Part shown: positions 8,157-17,115 of the stretch, one piece after another
How positions within the stretch are numbered: position 1 is the first letter of the stretch
Layout of the letters: each line of letters opens with the position of its first letter
From: an uncultured Methanosarcinales archaeon
GTDB taxonomy: Archaea; Nanobdellota; Nanobdellia; Woesearchaeales; ARS49
DNA: 64,000 nt
Assembly: GCA_964497645.1 (NCBI GenBank)
Contig: CAZCCU010000002.1
Location: 3,525 to 67,524, forward strand
Direction of reading: 5' to 3'
The notes under the pieces: generated by a model
What the model was told of the DNA's origin: nothing
Database searches by the model: none
What the model saw: the letters and a program-made list of their open reading frames with translations, nothing else
Program-made: the position numbers and the translations under genes

Positions 8157-10111
8157 TTTTTCTCGAAAATGAGCTTCTTGAGACCGTTTAGAATCATTTC
8201 ATTGTTATCCAATGTTTCACCAGCATTCCTGTATTGAATGCCAATCTTATCTGCAGGGATGCCTGAAAGCATTGTCCTTGCAGATTTGATCTTATCAAAC
8301 AATCCATTAAACTCGGCTTCCTCAATTGGCTTTTTCTGCAGCTCTGTTTTGTCGTCATATCTTTTCTGAATTGAGTCAATGCCGTCAAGAATCGGTCTGA
8401 CGAATGAGCTTTGCACAGTGTTGAACATGTCAACAAATGGGCCATACGCTTCGAATTCTTTTTTCAACCCTGTATATTCCTCGACGAGAACAGGGTGTTT
8501 TTGCTTAACGTCATCATTTTGCACGGCTGTTTCTGCCCTTTTAAGACAGTCCCCAAACGCAACATAATCCTGAGAATCATTATATTTCTTTGCGCCCCTC
8601 AGCAATCCTGTGGCGCTCTTGTTGGACAATGCGACATTCACATCTCTTTCCAAAGTGCCGAGCCTGTCCTTAAGAGGGTCATACCTCACTGTTTTTGGAA
8701 GTTTTTCAAATAGTTCTTTGATACGTGCTCCGGCCTCAGTTAGCTCTCCAGTTTCATAGAGTCCGTTTATCTCAGCAATAGTTTGCTCAATAGTTTTGTA
8801 ATTCAGACGCGTATCCAGTTCCTGTTCTTTGTACCTGAGTTTTTTTCTTTGCCTTCGTGTTCTGTCAAGCTCTGCCTGGAGTTCAGCAGGTGTGAGCTGC
8901 TTTTGATCTCCCTGCTCGGCATGCTTTTGTTTTTTTATGATGTCTCCCAGTTCTGCCTTCATTTCACTCATTTTCCACCGGTCACCAGGCACTTTCGAAC
9001 GTGCGACTTCAATAGTTGTCGCGAATTCAGGCGAAATACCAGTTCCGTGCTCCCAGACATATGATGGATGAGGGACGTCAAGCTGTCCGAGCGAGTGAGC
9101 AAGAACTGTGAAGTCTGTGATTTCGTATGCCCTCTTTCCAGTAACTGCAGTGTAAAGAACGGTTCCTAACTGGAAAGTATCGGTTTCTTCAGTTATCTTT
9201 TCAGCACGAACCTGTTCAGGCGCCATGAAATGAGGCGTGCCAACGGGTTTGTTTTGAAGTGTGAGCCCCTCATCATCATCAACCCATTTGCCGATGCCAA
9301 AGTCTATAATTACAACACTGCCATCTTCTCGTATCTTTATATTTGCAGGTTTGAGATCGCGATGAATAACGCCTTGTCCGTGCGCGTACTGCAATGCGTC
9401 AGCGAGCTGATACCCGATCTTGGCAGCCTGATCCAACGGAACCTTTTGGCCCGGCAACTGCTTCTGCAACTCGTCAAGGGTTTTTCCCTCAATCCACTCG
9501 AATAGAAGGCAATATCCCATTTTGGGATCGTTCACGATTCCAAGGCGCTTGACGATGTTCTTGTGATGCAACTTTTGCAGTATGAGGTTTTCCTTTTGGA
9601 ATCTGCTTATGAATTCCTTTTGTACAGAAGCATCCAGTTCTTCGTTTTCTCTTGTGCGAGGCTTAAGCACCTTGACGGCAAGCTGGCTGCTTTCCAAGAA
9701 ATAAGGATCGATAAGCTCAAGGAGTGAATGGTAGTGCTCTTTTGCGGCTTTAGGATCTTTTTTATGAAGTTCGGCATACTCCTGCCACATCGCGTACGCG
9801 GCAGTATAGATTTGTTTGATGTGATCTTTGTCCGTGATAGGCTTTGGAACCCAATCATCGAGTTTTGTCGTTGGAGCTTCAAATGGAATGTCGTTCAGGC
9901 CAAAGAGCACAGGGTTTTCCTCTCCCCAGACCATACGTTCCGCGAGAATCGACATCGCGTTTCCCCTCTTGGCGCGCCAGACTTCGCCCATTCCGCCATA
10001 CGCAACGAGCTCTTCAAGAAAAGCAATATTATTCTTTAAAGCAATAGGCTGTGGAGAGACAAGTATGGTTTTATCGCCTAGTGGACCTCCACCTGCTCTC
10101 GTATCCGTCAT
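8153..10111 (-). CDS. Hanks-type Ser/Thr protein kinase with a ~330-aa C-terminal extension
   Basis: GGMGEVWRAK is the Gly loop, LAVKVLKP carries the VAIK-type Lys, and HRDLKPANIKI followed by DFGIGK is the catalytic loop plus DFG. APE-like TPHFMAPE follows. The C-terminal helical, charged region is unassigned. Confidence 0.8.
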   Translation of the reverse strand: MTDTRAGGGPLGDKTILVSPQPIALKNNIAFLEELVAYGGMGEVWRAKRGNAMSILAERMVWGEENPVLFGLNDIPFEAPTTKLDDWVPKPITDKDHIKQIYTAAYAMWQEYAELHKKDPKAAKEHYHSLLELIDPYFLESSQLAVKVLKPRTRENEELDASVQKEFISRFQKENLILQKLHHKNIVKRLGIVNDPKMGYCLLFEWIEGKTLDELQKQLPGQKVPLDQAAKIGYQLADALQYAHGQGVIHRDLKPANIKIREDGSVVIIDFGIGKWVDDDEGLTLQNKPVGTPHFMAPEQVRAEKITEETDTFQLGTVLYTAVTGKRAYEITDFTVLAHSLGQLDVPHPSYVWEHGTGISPEFATTIEVARSKVPGDRWKMSEMKAELGDIIKKQKHAEQGDQKQLTPAELQAELDRTRRQRKKLRYKEQELDTRLNYKTIEQTIAEINGLYETGELTEAGARIKELFEKLPKTVRYDPLKDRLGTLERDVNVALSNKSATGLLRGAKKYNDSQDYVAFGDCLKRAETAVQNDDVKQKHPVLVEEYTGLKKEFEAYGPFVDMFNTVQSSFVRPILDGIDSIQKRYDDKTELQKKPIEEAEFNGLFDKIKSARTMLSGIPADKIGIQYRNAGETLDNNEMILNGLKKLIFEKN

Positions 10112-10252
10112 TTCTTCACTCCTTCCTCGCCTGTGATTCTATGTCTGGCATACTGTGTCTTCACCGCCAATATGCAGAATTCCCCTTTTTCTACAATAAA
10201 AATAAGCAATGGCGGTGTTCTATATATAGTTTTTGACATACGGAATTTATAA

Positions 10253-10723
10253 ATGTTTCGGTATTTTTACTACTGGAAGGTTGTTAAAATGGGAAGATTT
10301 AAAAAAAGAGACGATATTCAGGAAGTTATGGCAACAGGCGGAAACTTAGAGCTCAGGATGCATAATACATCACTCTACGCCTCAACAACTCATGACGGAC
10401 AGAAAGTTTACAGGGCAATAAACGCATTTGCTTCGTTTCTCGATGTAATAAAAAATCCCGGTCCACAAGCCATCAAAGGCTTGTTCCACCTAGCATCAAA
10501 GCGACTGCTGCCATACAACCATGTAAATTCACTGCTTCTGAGCGATGAAAATCCATGCAAAACTCCGATGGACGTATGTGAAGTTGTCATAGACGTATAC
10601 CGCAAACTCGTATTGCATAATGCCAATCCGACCCATCGAAAACTTATTTCCAAAGGAGCAGTCAGGATATTGCACGCGAACAAATATGAGATTCTTAAAT
10701 TTAGAGATTACGCGCTGCGTTAG
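10253..10723 (+). CDS. Hypothetical protein
   Basis: It is a 156-aa ORF in an otherwise empty gap. No motif was recognised, and the true start may be the internal MGRFKKRDD. Confidence 0.4.
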   Translation: MFRYFYYWKVVKMGRFKKRDDIQEVMATGGNLELRMHNTSLYASTTHDGQKVYRAINAFASFLDVIKNPGPQAIKGLFHLASKRLLPYNHVNSLLLSDENPCKTPMDVCEVVIDVYRKLVLHNANPTHRKLISKGAVRILHANKYEILKFRDYALR

Positions 10724-11376
10724 TGACTGGTGAGCCCACGCACTAATTGCGTCAGCGCCTTCTCAGGGTCTTGCGCGTTTGTAACACCGGAAGCAACCAG
10801 AATACCCTTTGCACCCAGTTTTACTGCTTTCACAACATCGTCCTTTGTCTTGACACCGGCACCGCACAAAATAGGAATGTCTTTGATCTTACTGGTTGTT
10901 TGCGTGATAACTTCAGGCTTAGCCTGAGAAATAGCAATATTTCCGCCTATTAATTCAGGAGGCTCCACAGCAATAATGTCGGGATTAAACTTGGCAATTT
11001 CTGCAGCCTTAGCAGGAGTATCTGCGCAACAAACAGACAACATGCCGAGCTCTTTTAACCGCTTAACTGTTTCCTTAATCTGCGCAAGAGGAATCTGATG
11101 CTCAGAATGATTTATGAGACTGCCAACCGCGCCCATCTGCTGAACACTCTCGGGCAAAATCCAGCCAGTCTTCGCGCCAAACACAACAGCATCAACATGC
11201 TGAGCCATAACAGGAATTTTCACATTCCCAGCAACAGCCAGAATATCAGCAGGCTGAACCGCAACAACAATGTTCGCCCGCTCTTTCTTCGCGACCTTTT
11301 CACAGATTTTTGCCAACTTAATAGCATTCAAACCCGTAGAAGTCTGGTAAGCCTTGAAATTAATAATGGCGAGCAT
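10720..11376 (-). CDS. tpiA: Triosephosphate isomerase, short archaeal type
   Basis: It is about 218 aa long. IINFKAY, LINHSEH, AVEPPELIG, KPEVIT, LCGAGV and LVASGVT...DPEKA match archaeal TIM such as the Pyrococcus enzyme, nearly motif for motif. Confidence 0.9.
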   Translation of the reverse strand: MLAIINFKAYQTSTGLNAIKLAKICEKVAKKERANIVVAVQPADILAVAGNVKIPVMAQHVDAVVFGAKTGWILPESVQQMGAVGSLINHSEHQIPLAQIKETVKRLKELGMLSVCCADTPAKAAEIAKFNPDIIAVEPPELIGGNIAISQAKPEVITQTTSKIKDIPILCGAGVKTKDDVVKAVKLGAKGILVASGVTNAQDPEKALTQLVRGLTSH

Positions 11377-11687
11377 CAGCCCAAAATAGATGCCAGCTTC
11401 TTCTTCAGCGTAGCTTCGTCCTGAAAGCCGACAACACGGTCAACCTCTTCACCGTTCTTGTACACGATAATGCAAGGAATGCCCAGCACGCCGTTCTGCG
11501 ACGCAAGCGCACTGTTCTCGTCAACATTCACCTTAGTGAATTTGACATCCTTCAATTCATGCGACAATTTCTCAAAAACAGGAGCAATCATCTTGCACGG
11601 GCCGCACCACGGAGCCCAAAAATCAACCACGACTGGCTTATCACTCTTCAAGACTTCAGTTTCAAAATTATTTTCGTTTACTTCCAT
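11376..11687 (-). CDS. trx: Thioredoxin
   Basis: It is about 103 aa long and carries the WAPWCGPCK active site. Confidence 0.85.
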   Translation of the reverse strand: MEVNENNFETEVLKSDKPVVVDFWAPWCGPCKMIAPVFEKLSHELKDVKFTKVNVDENSALASQNGVLGIPCIIVYKNGEEVDRVVGFQDEATLKKKLASILG

Positions 11688-11780
11688 TTGTCGGAAACCG
11701 CTTACGCGGGCACCTCTTCCTTGATTACGGGGTAGGAAATCCAGCGGTTTCCGAGCACGCTCAAGAACCGCTTGACCATC

Positions 11781-12395
11781 CTATTGTCTTCTGACATTTT
11801 TCGCACCGTTTGATTTACTGGGCGGTTCTTGACGCTCAGCTCCCATATGATGCGTTTCAACTTCCTTGTTAACAGGAGTCAGCTTCTTAATCGGCTTGAT
11901 CAAGTACCGCTTGGTATCCTTATCCAAATCCAAAAAGTGGTCAGCAGCCTCAATTGACTTCGCGCTTGCACTCTTGCCAAAGGCAACAACTTCAACACGG
12001 CAGCCTAAGGCACGCTTTAAGTGTTCTATTAATGGTACGAAGTCACCGTCACCGCTGACTATGACAATAGTGTCTAATCTTGGAGCAAGCTCAATGCAGT
12101 CCATTGCAATGCCGATGTCCCAGTCGCCCTTCTTTGCTCCTCCATAAAAGATTTGCAAGTCTTTAGCGCGGATTTCAAAACCAATGTGGCCCAACGCATC
12201 AAAGAATTTCTCTTTGCTAAAATCCTCAGTCTTGATAACGTAAGCCAATGCGCGGACTAAAGTTCGTTCTTTGACAGCGTCCTGCAAAATCGTCTTGAAA
12301 TTAACGTGCGAATTATACACAAAACGCGCAGAATAATACAAGTTCTGAACGTCAACAAACACGCCAACCCTTTGCGCTCTATGAATTTCACTCAT
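11781..12395 (-). CDS. NYN (LabA-like) domain nuclease
   Basis: VGVFVDVQNLYY, SGDGDF and a central acidic cluster match the NYN/LabA fold. The track starts the ORF at a TTG at 12422, but the ATG at 12395 (MSEIHRAQRV) is the more likely start. Confidence 0.7.
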   Translation of the reverse strand: MSEIHRAQRVGVFVDVQNLYYSARFVYNSHVNFKTILQDAVKERTLVRALAYVIKTEDFSKEKFFDALGHIGFEIRAKDLQIFYGGAKKGDWDIGIAMDCIELAPRLDTIVIVSGDGDFVPLIEHLKRALGCRVEVVAFGKSASAKSIEAADHFLDLDKDTKRYLIKPIKKLTPVNKEVETHHMGAERQEPPSKSNGAKNVRRQ

Positions 12396-12532
12396 GTTTT
12401 CAACCTCACTTCGTAGCCGCAAGCGCTACACACCACGCGATTTGTCTCAGTGTCAAACGTTAATGACAATTTCCTGCACCGCGGACATCTTTGTGCCTGC
12501 GTCGGCGGAATTACCTCTTTTGGCAACGCCAT
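12392..12532 (-). CDS. Zinc-ribbon mini-protein (TFIIB-type Zn ribbon-like), 46 aa; not in the ORF track
   Basis: It translates as MALPKEVIPPTQAQRCPRCRKLSLTFDTETNRVVCSACGYEVRLKT. The C-P-x-C ... E-x-N-x-V-V-C-x-x-C-G pattern resembles TFB/TFIIB N-terminal ribbons. Its stop TGA overlaps the NYN ATG as ATGA. Confidence 0.45.
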   Translation of the reverse strand: MALPKEVIPPTQAQRCPRCRKLSLTFDTETNRVVCSACGYEVRLKT

Positions 12533-12577
12533 ACATGACTTGTATATTATTTGTTTAAATAAGTATCTGATTACCTC

Positions 12578-12994
12578 GTGGGAGTAAAGTATAAATACGA
12601 GTCAGAATCACGCAATTGCATGACTGATGGAAATCCGGTTGCAACAATACTTTGTTCTGTATACGATCGCAGCATAAGCGCACTGCTTGATATTCATATC
12701 AAGAATATGGGCTACCGCACTATATGTGTAAGCGACTCAACAGAAGCAATTCCCCATGTTCCGCGAGCAGATCTCGTAATAAGCGACATCAACAATGGCG
12801 GTTATGCAGTATACGTTTATGTAATGGGTAACCGTCATGGGGTAAACGTGATACTCATAAACGAAGCCGATAAATCTGTGAATATGGCAGCGCCAAAAGC
12901 AGCAATTCTCAGAAAGCCCTTCACGCCTCAAGAGCTTGAAGCGATCATCAAAGCAAACCTTCCGGAACATTTAAAACCTGTCAAAACGCGATAA
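12578..12994 (+). CDS. Stand-alone receiver (REC, CheY-like) domain protein, degenerate
   Basis: The alignment to CheY runs ATILCSVYD ... DLVISDINNGG (the Asp57 region) ... VNVILINEA ... ILRKPFTPQELEAIIKANL (the Lys109 region). The acid pocket is reduced to a single Asp and the conserved Thr is replaced by Asn. The true start may be the internal MTDGNP. Confidence 0.45.
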   Translation: MGVKYKYESESRNCMTDGNPVATILCSVYDRSISALLDIHIKNMGYRTICVSDSTEAIPHVPRADLVISDINNGGYAVYVYVMGNRHGVNVILINEADKSVNMAAPKAAILRKPFTPQELEAIIKANLPEHLKPVKTR

Positions 12995-12999
12995 TTCTT

Positions 13000-15408
13000 G
13001 TGGGCACAACATTTTATCCAACAGACATCGCATATACTGTAAGGAACGGCAAACCAATCATACAGCTATACGGCCGGACTGTTGAAGGCAGGCAGATCTG
13101 CGTTCTGGACGAGAATTTTGAGCCGTACTTCTACGTTGTCGGAGATACAGACGTAAAAGTTCTAGAAGCACTACGACAAGACGATTATTGCGTTGTGCGA
13201 GTTGAGAAGGTAAAAAAGAATCTCAACGAACACCCAACTGAAGCTCTCAAAGTATTCGTCAACATACCAAAAGGAGTGCCCGTTCTCAAAGACCTGGCAA
13301 AAGAACTGCCAGGCGTTATAGGAGTGTACGAGTATGACATCTTATACACGCGCAGATACCTGATAGACAAAGGAATCATTCCACTAACGCTGACAAAAGT
13401 AGAAGGAAAAGAATCACCATTCCAGTCAAAAGTGCCGTGCATAAAGGTGGATGAGATCATGCCTGCAGGAGAAGACACGCTCAAGCCCAAATTGTTAGCT
13501 GTTGATATCGAAACTTACAATCCAGAGAACAAAATAAACATGAAAAAGCACCCAATACTGATGATTGGGCTGTATGGAGAAAAGTTCTCACGCGTGATAA
13601 CTTGGAAAAAATTTGAAACTAATGAGAAATACATAGAATTCGTGCCAACAGAAGCTGAAATGCTCCAAAGATTTGTAGAATTAGTAAGCGATTACGGACC
13701 AGACATGCTGGTCGGATACTTCACAGACGGATTTGACCTGCCATACATTGTCGAACGAGCAAAAATGCACAAAATAAAATTAGACTTAGGGCTAGACTAC
13801 AGCCAGCTGGAAATAACCGGCAGAATGCAGGCAGAAGCCAAAATAACAGGCATAGCGCACATCGACATTTTCAAATTCATCAGAAAAGTCATCGCTCGAT
13901 CACTCAAAACTGACAGCTATAGTTTGGATGCTGTTGCGGGAGAGCTTATCGGTGAACATAAACATAAAGTCGACATGGACGCGTTCTTCAGAGCATGGGA
14001 CGAAGGAGGAAAACAAATAGAAGAATACTGCAAGTACAACCTCCAAGACTGCGCGCTGACTTACAAACTAACGGAAAAAGTACTGCCTAATCTTATAGAG
14101 TTTGTAAGGATAATAAGACTACCACCATATGACATCAACAGAATGACGTTCTCAACATACGTAGAATGGTTTTTGATGAACCAAGCAAGCGCGCGAAACG
14201 AAATATTGCTCAACAGGCCATACAAAAGAGACGAATTGAGCAGAATGTCAGACAGGATAAAAGGGGCATTCGTCTACGAACCAAAACCAGGATTTTACCA
14301 GAAAATAGCAGTGTTCGACTACCGCAGCTTGTATCCAAGCATCATCGCCTCGCACAACATAAGCAAAGGAACACTAAACTGCGACTGCTGCAAAGACACA
14401 CCCAAAGTGACGACCGAAAGAGGAACATTCTGGTACTGCGCGAAAAGAAAAGGACTATTCAGCACAGTAATTTCAGACTTGATTTTGAGAAGAGGAGAAA
14501 TTAAAAAACAGCTTAAGACGAGCAAAGACCCATTGCTTGCTGCAAGATCAGAAGCGCTCAAAGTCCTCGCCAACAGCTTCTACGGCTACATGGGATTCGC
14601 GCCAGCACGATACTACAGCATCGAATGCGCGGAAAGCACAACAGCCTGGGCAAGACACTACATACGCAAAGCGATAGAAACTGCGCAACAAGCAGGATTT
14701 ACTGTGCTTTATAGTGACACGGATTCCTGTTTTATTCTTTTGGACAAAAAAACAAAAGATGACGCGATGGCATGGATGGAAAAAGTAAACAAGGACCTCC
14801 CAGGGCTAATGGAGTTAGACTACGAAGGATTCTATCCAGCCGGCATTTTTGTTAGCTTGAAAACAGGAGAAGCGGGAGCCAAAAAGAAATACGCGCTGAT
14901 TGATGAAAAAGGAAGCATAAAAATCCGAGGCTTTGAAAGCGTAAGACGAAACTGGAGCTTCATCGCAAAAGACGTGCAGAAAAAAGTTCTTGAAATAATC
15001 CTGAAAGAGCACGATGCGGCAAAAGCAAAAGCGTATGTAAGAGAAGTTGTTGAGAAAATGAGGAAGAACGCAATTCCATTGGACAAAGTCGTAATCCATA
15101 CTGCGCTATCGAAAGCAACAACAGGCTATACCTCAATTGGCCCCCATGTGGCGGCAGCGCAACGCATGGAAGCAAAAGGACAAACTGTAGGAGCAGGAAG
15201 CGTAATCAAATACGTTGTTGTGAAAGGAAAAGGAAAAATACGCGACAAAGTCAAACTGCCAGATGAAGCAACACAAGAAGAGTACGATGGCGAGTATTAT
15301 ATACAAAACCAAATCATACCGGGAGTGGAAAGAATATTCGCAGTGCTTGGAATCAAGGTAGACGACCTTCTCAGCGCCACCAAACAAAGCTCGCTGGAAG
15401 GATTCTAA
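13000..15408 (+). CDS. polB: DNA polymerase, family B (archaeal PolB)
   Basis: It starts at a GTG. The exonuclease motifs are LAVDIETYNP (Exo I), GYFTDGFDLPYIVERA (Exo II) and YNLQDCALTY (Exo III). The polymerase motifs are KVLANSFYGYMG and YSDTDS. It is 802 aa with no intein. Confidence 0.92.
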   Translation: MGTTFYPTDIAYTVRNGKPIIQLYGRTVEGRQICVLDENFEPYFYVVGDTDVKVLEALRQDDYCVVRVEKVKKNLNEHPTEALKVFVNIPKGVPVLKDLAKELPGVIGVYEYDILYTRRYLIDKGIIPLTLTKVEGKESPFQSKVPCIKVDEIMPAGEDTLKPKLLAVDIETYNPENKINMKKHPILMIGLYGEKFSRVITWKKFETNEKYIEFVPTEAEMLQRFVELVSDYGPDMLVGYFTDGFDLPYIVERAKMHKIKLDLGLDYSQLEITGRMQAEAKITGIAHIDIFKFIRKVIARSLKTDSYSLDAVAGELIGEHKHKVDMDAFFRAWDEGGKQIEEYCKYNLQDCALTYKLTEKVLPNLIEFVRIIRLPPYDINRMTFSTYVEWFLMNQASARNEILLNRPYKRDELSRMSDRIKGAFVYEPKPGFYQKIAVFDYRSLYPSIIASHNISKGTLNCDCCKDTPKVTTERGTFWYCAKRKGLFSTVISDLILRRGEIKKQLKTSKDPLLAARSEALKVLANSFYGYMGFAPARYYSIECAESTTAWARHYIRKAIETAQQAGFTVLYSDTDSCFILLDKKTKDDAMAWMEKVNKDLPGLMELDYEGFYPAGIFVSLKTGEAGAKKKYALIDEKGSIKIRGFESVRRNWSFIAKDVQKKVLEIILKEHDAAKAKAYVREVVEKMRKNAIPLDKVVIHTALSKATTGYTSIGPHVAAAQRMEAKGQTVGAGSVIKYVVVKGKGKIRDKVKLPDEATQEEYDGEYYIQNQIIPGVERIFAVLGIKVDDLLSATKQSSLEGF

Positions 15409-15439
15409 TTGTTACTTAAGAGGAGTAAAAATAGTAACA

Positions 15440-15447
15440 TTTATATA
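15440..15447 (+). promoter_or_regulatory. Archaeal TATA-box-like element upstream of ndk
   Basis: TTTATATA lies about 80 nt upstream of the ndk ATG. It is followed by a CTAGGG/CCCTAG repeat cluster. Confidence 0.3.
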
Positions 15448-15524
15448 GCCTAAAATAATAATCAAAACTAGGGGGTAGAAAAGCCTAGGGAAAGCCCTAG
15501 ACTACTGCTTCCACAGAGACAACA

Positions 15525-16139
15525 ATGCCAAAAAAATTAATGAAACTGCCGCCTGAAGAATTAGAAGCGAGACTTAACGAGCGAACGCTTGTCATGTGCA
15601 AGCCTGAAGCAGTATTGCTCAGCAGGCACGGAGAAATTCTAAGCAGAATAGTCAATATTTGGCCCTTGAAAACACCTTTGATAAAAACTTTCAGCTTTAC
15701 AAAGGAAGCCATAGAAGAATTCTATGGACACGTCATAGAAGATTACGAGCCCAAAGAAGACATTCTTGCATCATTCCACAAAATGGTTGGATTGCCAACG
15801 CTGGCAATTGTCGTGCAAGGACCAAACAGCATTGCAACCATGAGAAAACTAGCAGGCGGGCTTCCAAAATACGCAATCGACGGAAGCGACGTGCGGTTCA
15901 GAGGCTACAGCGCACAATTCGATCCTACACTGGCGCCAATTGGAACAGTCAGAGGCGATATGTGTTCGGTTAGCACAGACTTTGCGAACTCAATCGGTAT
16001 GCCAGTTCCAAACTTCATGCACGCATCCGATAGTCCAGACAGCTATAAGAAAGAAATTGGATTGCTAAAGCACCACAAACTAATATCAGATGGTGACTTT
16101 GTCGATTACAAAAGACCTGATCAAGATATATACAAATAA
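15525..16139 (+). CDS. ndk: Nucleoside diphosphate kinase with an insertion
   Basis: ERTLVMCKPEAV marks the start of the NDK fold. The core is GTVRGDMCSVSTDFANSIGMPVPNFMHASDSPDSYKKEIGLL, with the His-Gly-Ser-Asp pattern replaced by HASDS. Confidence 0.8.
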   Translation: MPKKLMKLPPEELEARLNERTLVMCKPEAVLLSRHGEILSRIVNIWPLKTPLIKTFSFTKEAIEEFYGHVIEDYEPKEDILASFHKMVGLPTLAIVVQGPNSIATMRKLAGGLPKYAIDGSDVRFRGYSAQFDPTLAPIGTVRGDMCSVSTDFANSIGMPVPNFMHASDSPDSYKKEIGLLKHHKLISDGDFVDYKRPDQDIYK

Positions 16140-16154
16140 GAGCTTAAAAAAGGA

Positions 16155-16826
16155 GTGAAGAAAACGCCAAACTGGGACCTCGTAAGACGGATAGTAGCAG
16201 AAACTGGAGAATTAGATGAAGATGAAGTTGCAAAAGTTCTTGATTCGTCAGACAAAAACCAATTTTTGTTCCACGGCATAAGCTCAACCGAACTTTATAG
16301 AAGTGCGCAGCAAAAAGGTATAATGCCAAAGCCTGGAAGAACCCCAATCTGGTATCTCGGATCCAGAGCGTTTGGAAAAATTTCAGTGACTTCTACACCA
16401 AAGCAAGATGAAGGCTGTTTGTTTTTATCGGGTGAGGAAGAAAGGCCGATGACTCCGGAAGAGGAAACAAAAGAAGGAGAGCTGTTCGGTTACGACAGCG
16501 TTTTCTACAACGGCGCGCATGCACATGACCAGGACAAGAATGGCAAGTCGTATGGAACACTGGCAATAACAAGAATCGGAGACATCCAACCGCAAGGCGT
16601 ACTGGTGAACTTGACAGAAGAAGAAATACCGATAGTTCAACAGGTGCCACGCAGGCTTATCCATATAGTGCGCGTAGAGGTAGACCACAGCGACGCCCGA
16701 AAAGAATCAAGAGAAATCGGCAAGATTGTGGAACGCACTTTGTTCAAGCACATTTATGATGTTGTTGTAAACAACAACTATCTGCCAGGGGATACCAATC
16801 TGGACCAAATAAAACTGGAACGCTGA
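16155..16826 (+). CDS. Hypothetical protein
   Basis: It is a 223-aa ORF lying 15 bp downstream of ndk, so probably co-transcribed. No motif was recognised. Confidence 0.5.
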   Translation: MKKTPNWDLVRRIVAETGELDEDEVAKVLDSSDKNQFLFHGISSTELYRSAQQKGIMPKPGRTPIWYLGSRAFGKISVTSTPKQDEGCLFLSGEEERPMTPEEETKEGELFGYDSVFYNGAHAHDQDKNGKSYGTLAITRIGDIQPQGVLVNLTEEEIPIVQQVPRRLIHIVRVEVDHSDARKESREIGKIVERTLFKHIYDVVVNNNYLPGDTNLDQIKLER

Positions 16827-16932
16827 TTTCTTTAAATTTTATATAAAATTATAGGGCTAAATATAAAACGCTGAAAGTCAATCGTATTGCAACTACATCT
16901 TAAAAGAGGACGTATACTGGAGGGAGTCAGAC

Positions 16933-17079
16933 ATGGAACCAATAAAATACTTTGACACAGCAGACCTGGTAGAACCACATTGCAAAGGATGCCAGCACAT
17001 CATTCACTATGATAGAGACGGCGTGTTTGACAACAAAAAACAAATCCTTACTTGTTCATTCTGCGGAACAGCGCTATAG
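16933..17079 (+). CDS. Zinc-ribbon mini-protein, 48 aa; not in the ORF track
   Basis: It translates as MEPIKYFDTADLVEPHCKGCQHIIHYDRDGVFDNKKQILTCSFCGTAL, with C-x2-C ... C-x2-C. It lies just upstream of the L15e gene. Confidence 0.4.
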   Translation: MEPIKYFDTADLVEPHCKGCQHIIHYDRDGVFDNKKQILTCSFCGTAL

Positions 17080-17115
17080 AAATGTTTAAAAAGGGCTCAT
17101 TATAACCGCACACAC

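Noticed and set aside
7598-8191. A 197-aa plus-strand Arg-rich ORF
   Set aside because: It is an alternate frame within the SpoIIM-like membrane-protein gene. The hydrophobic frame is far more plausible.
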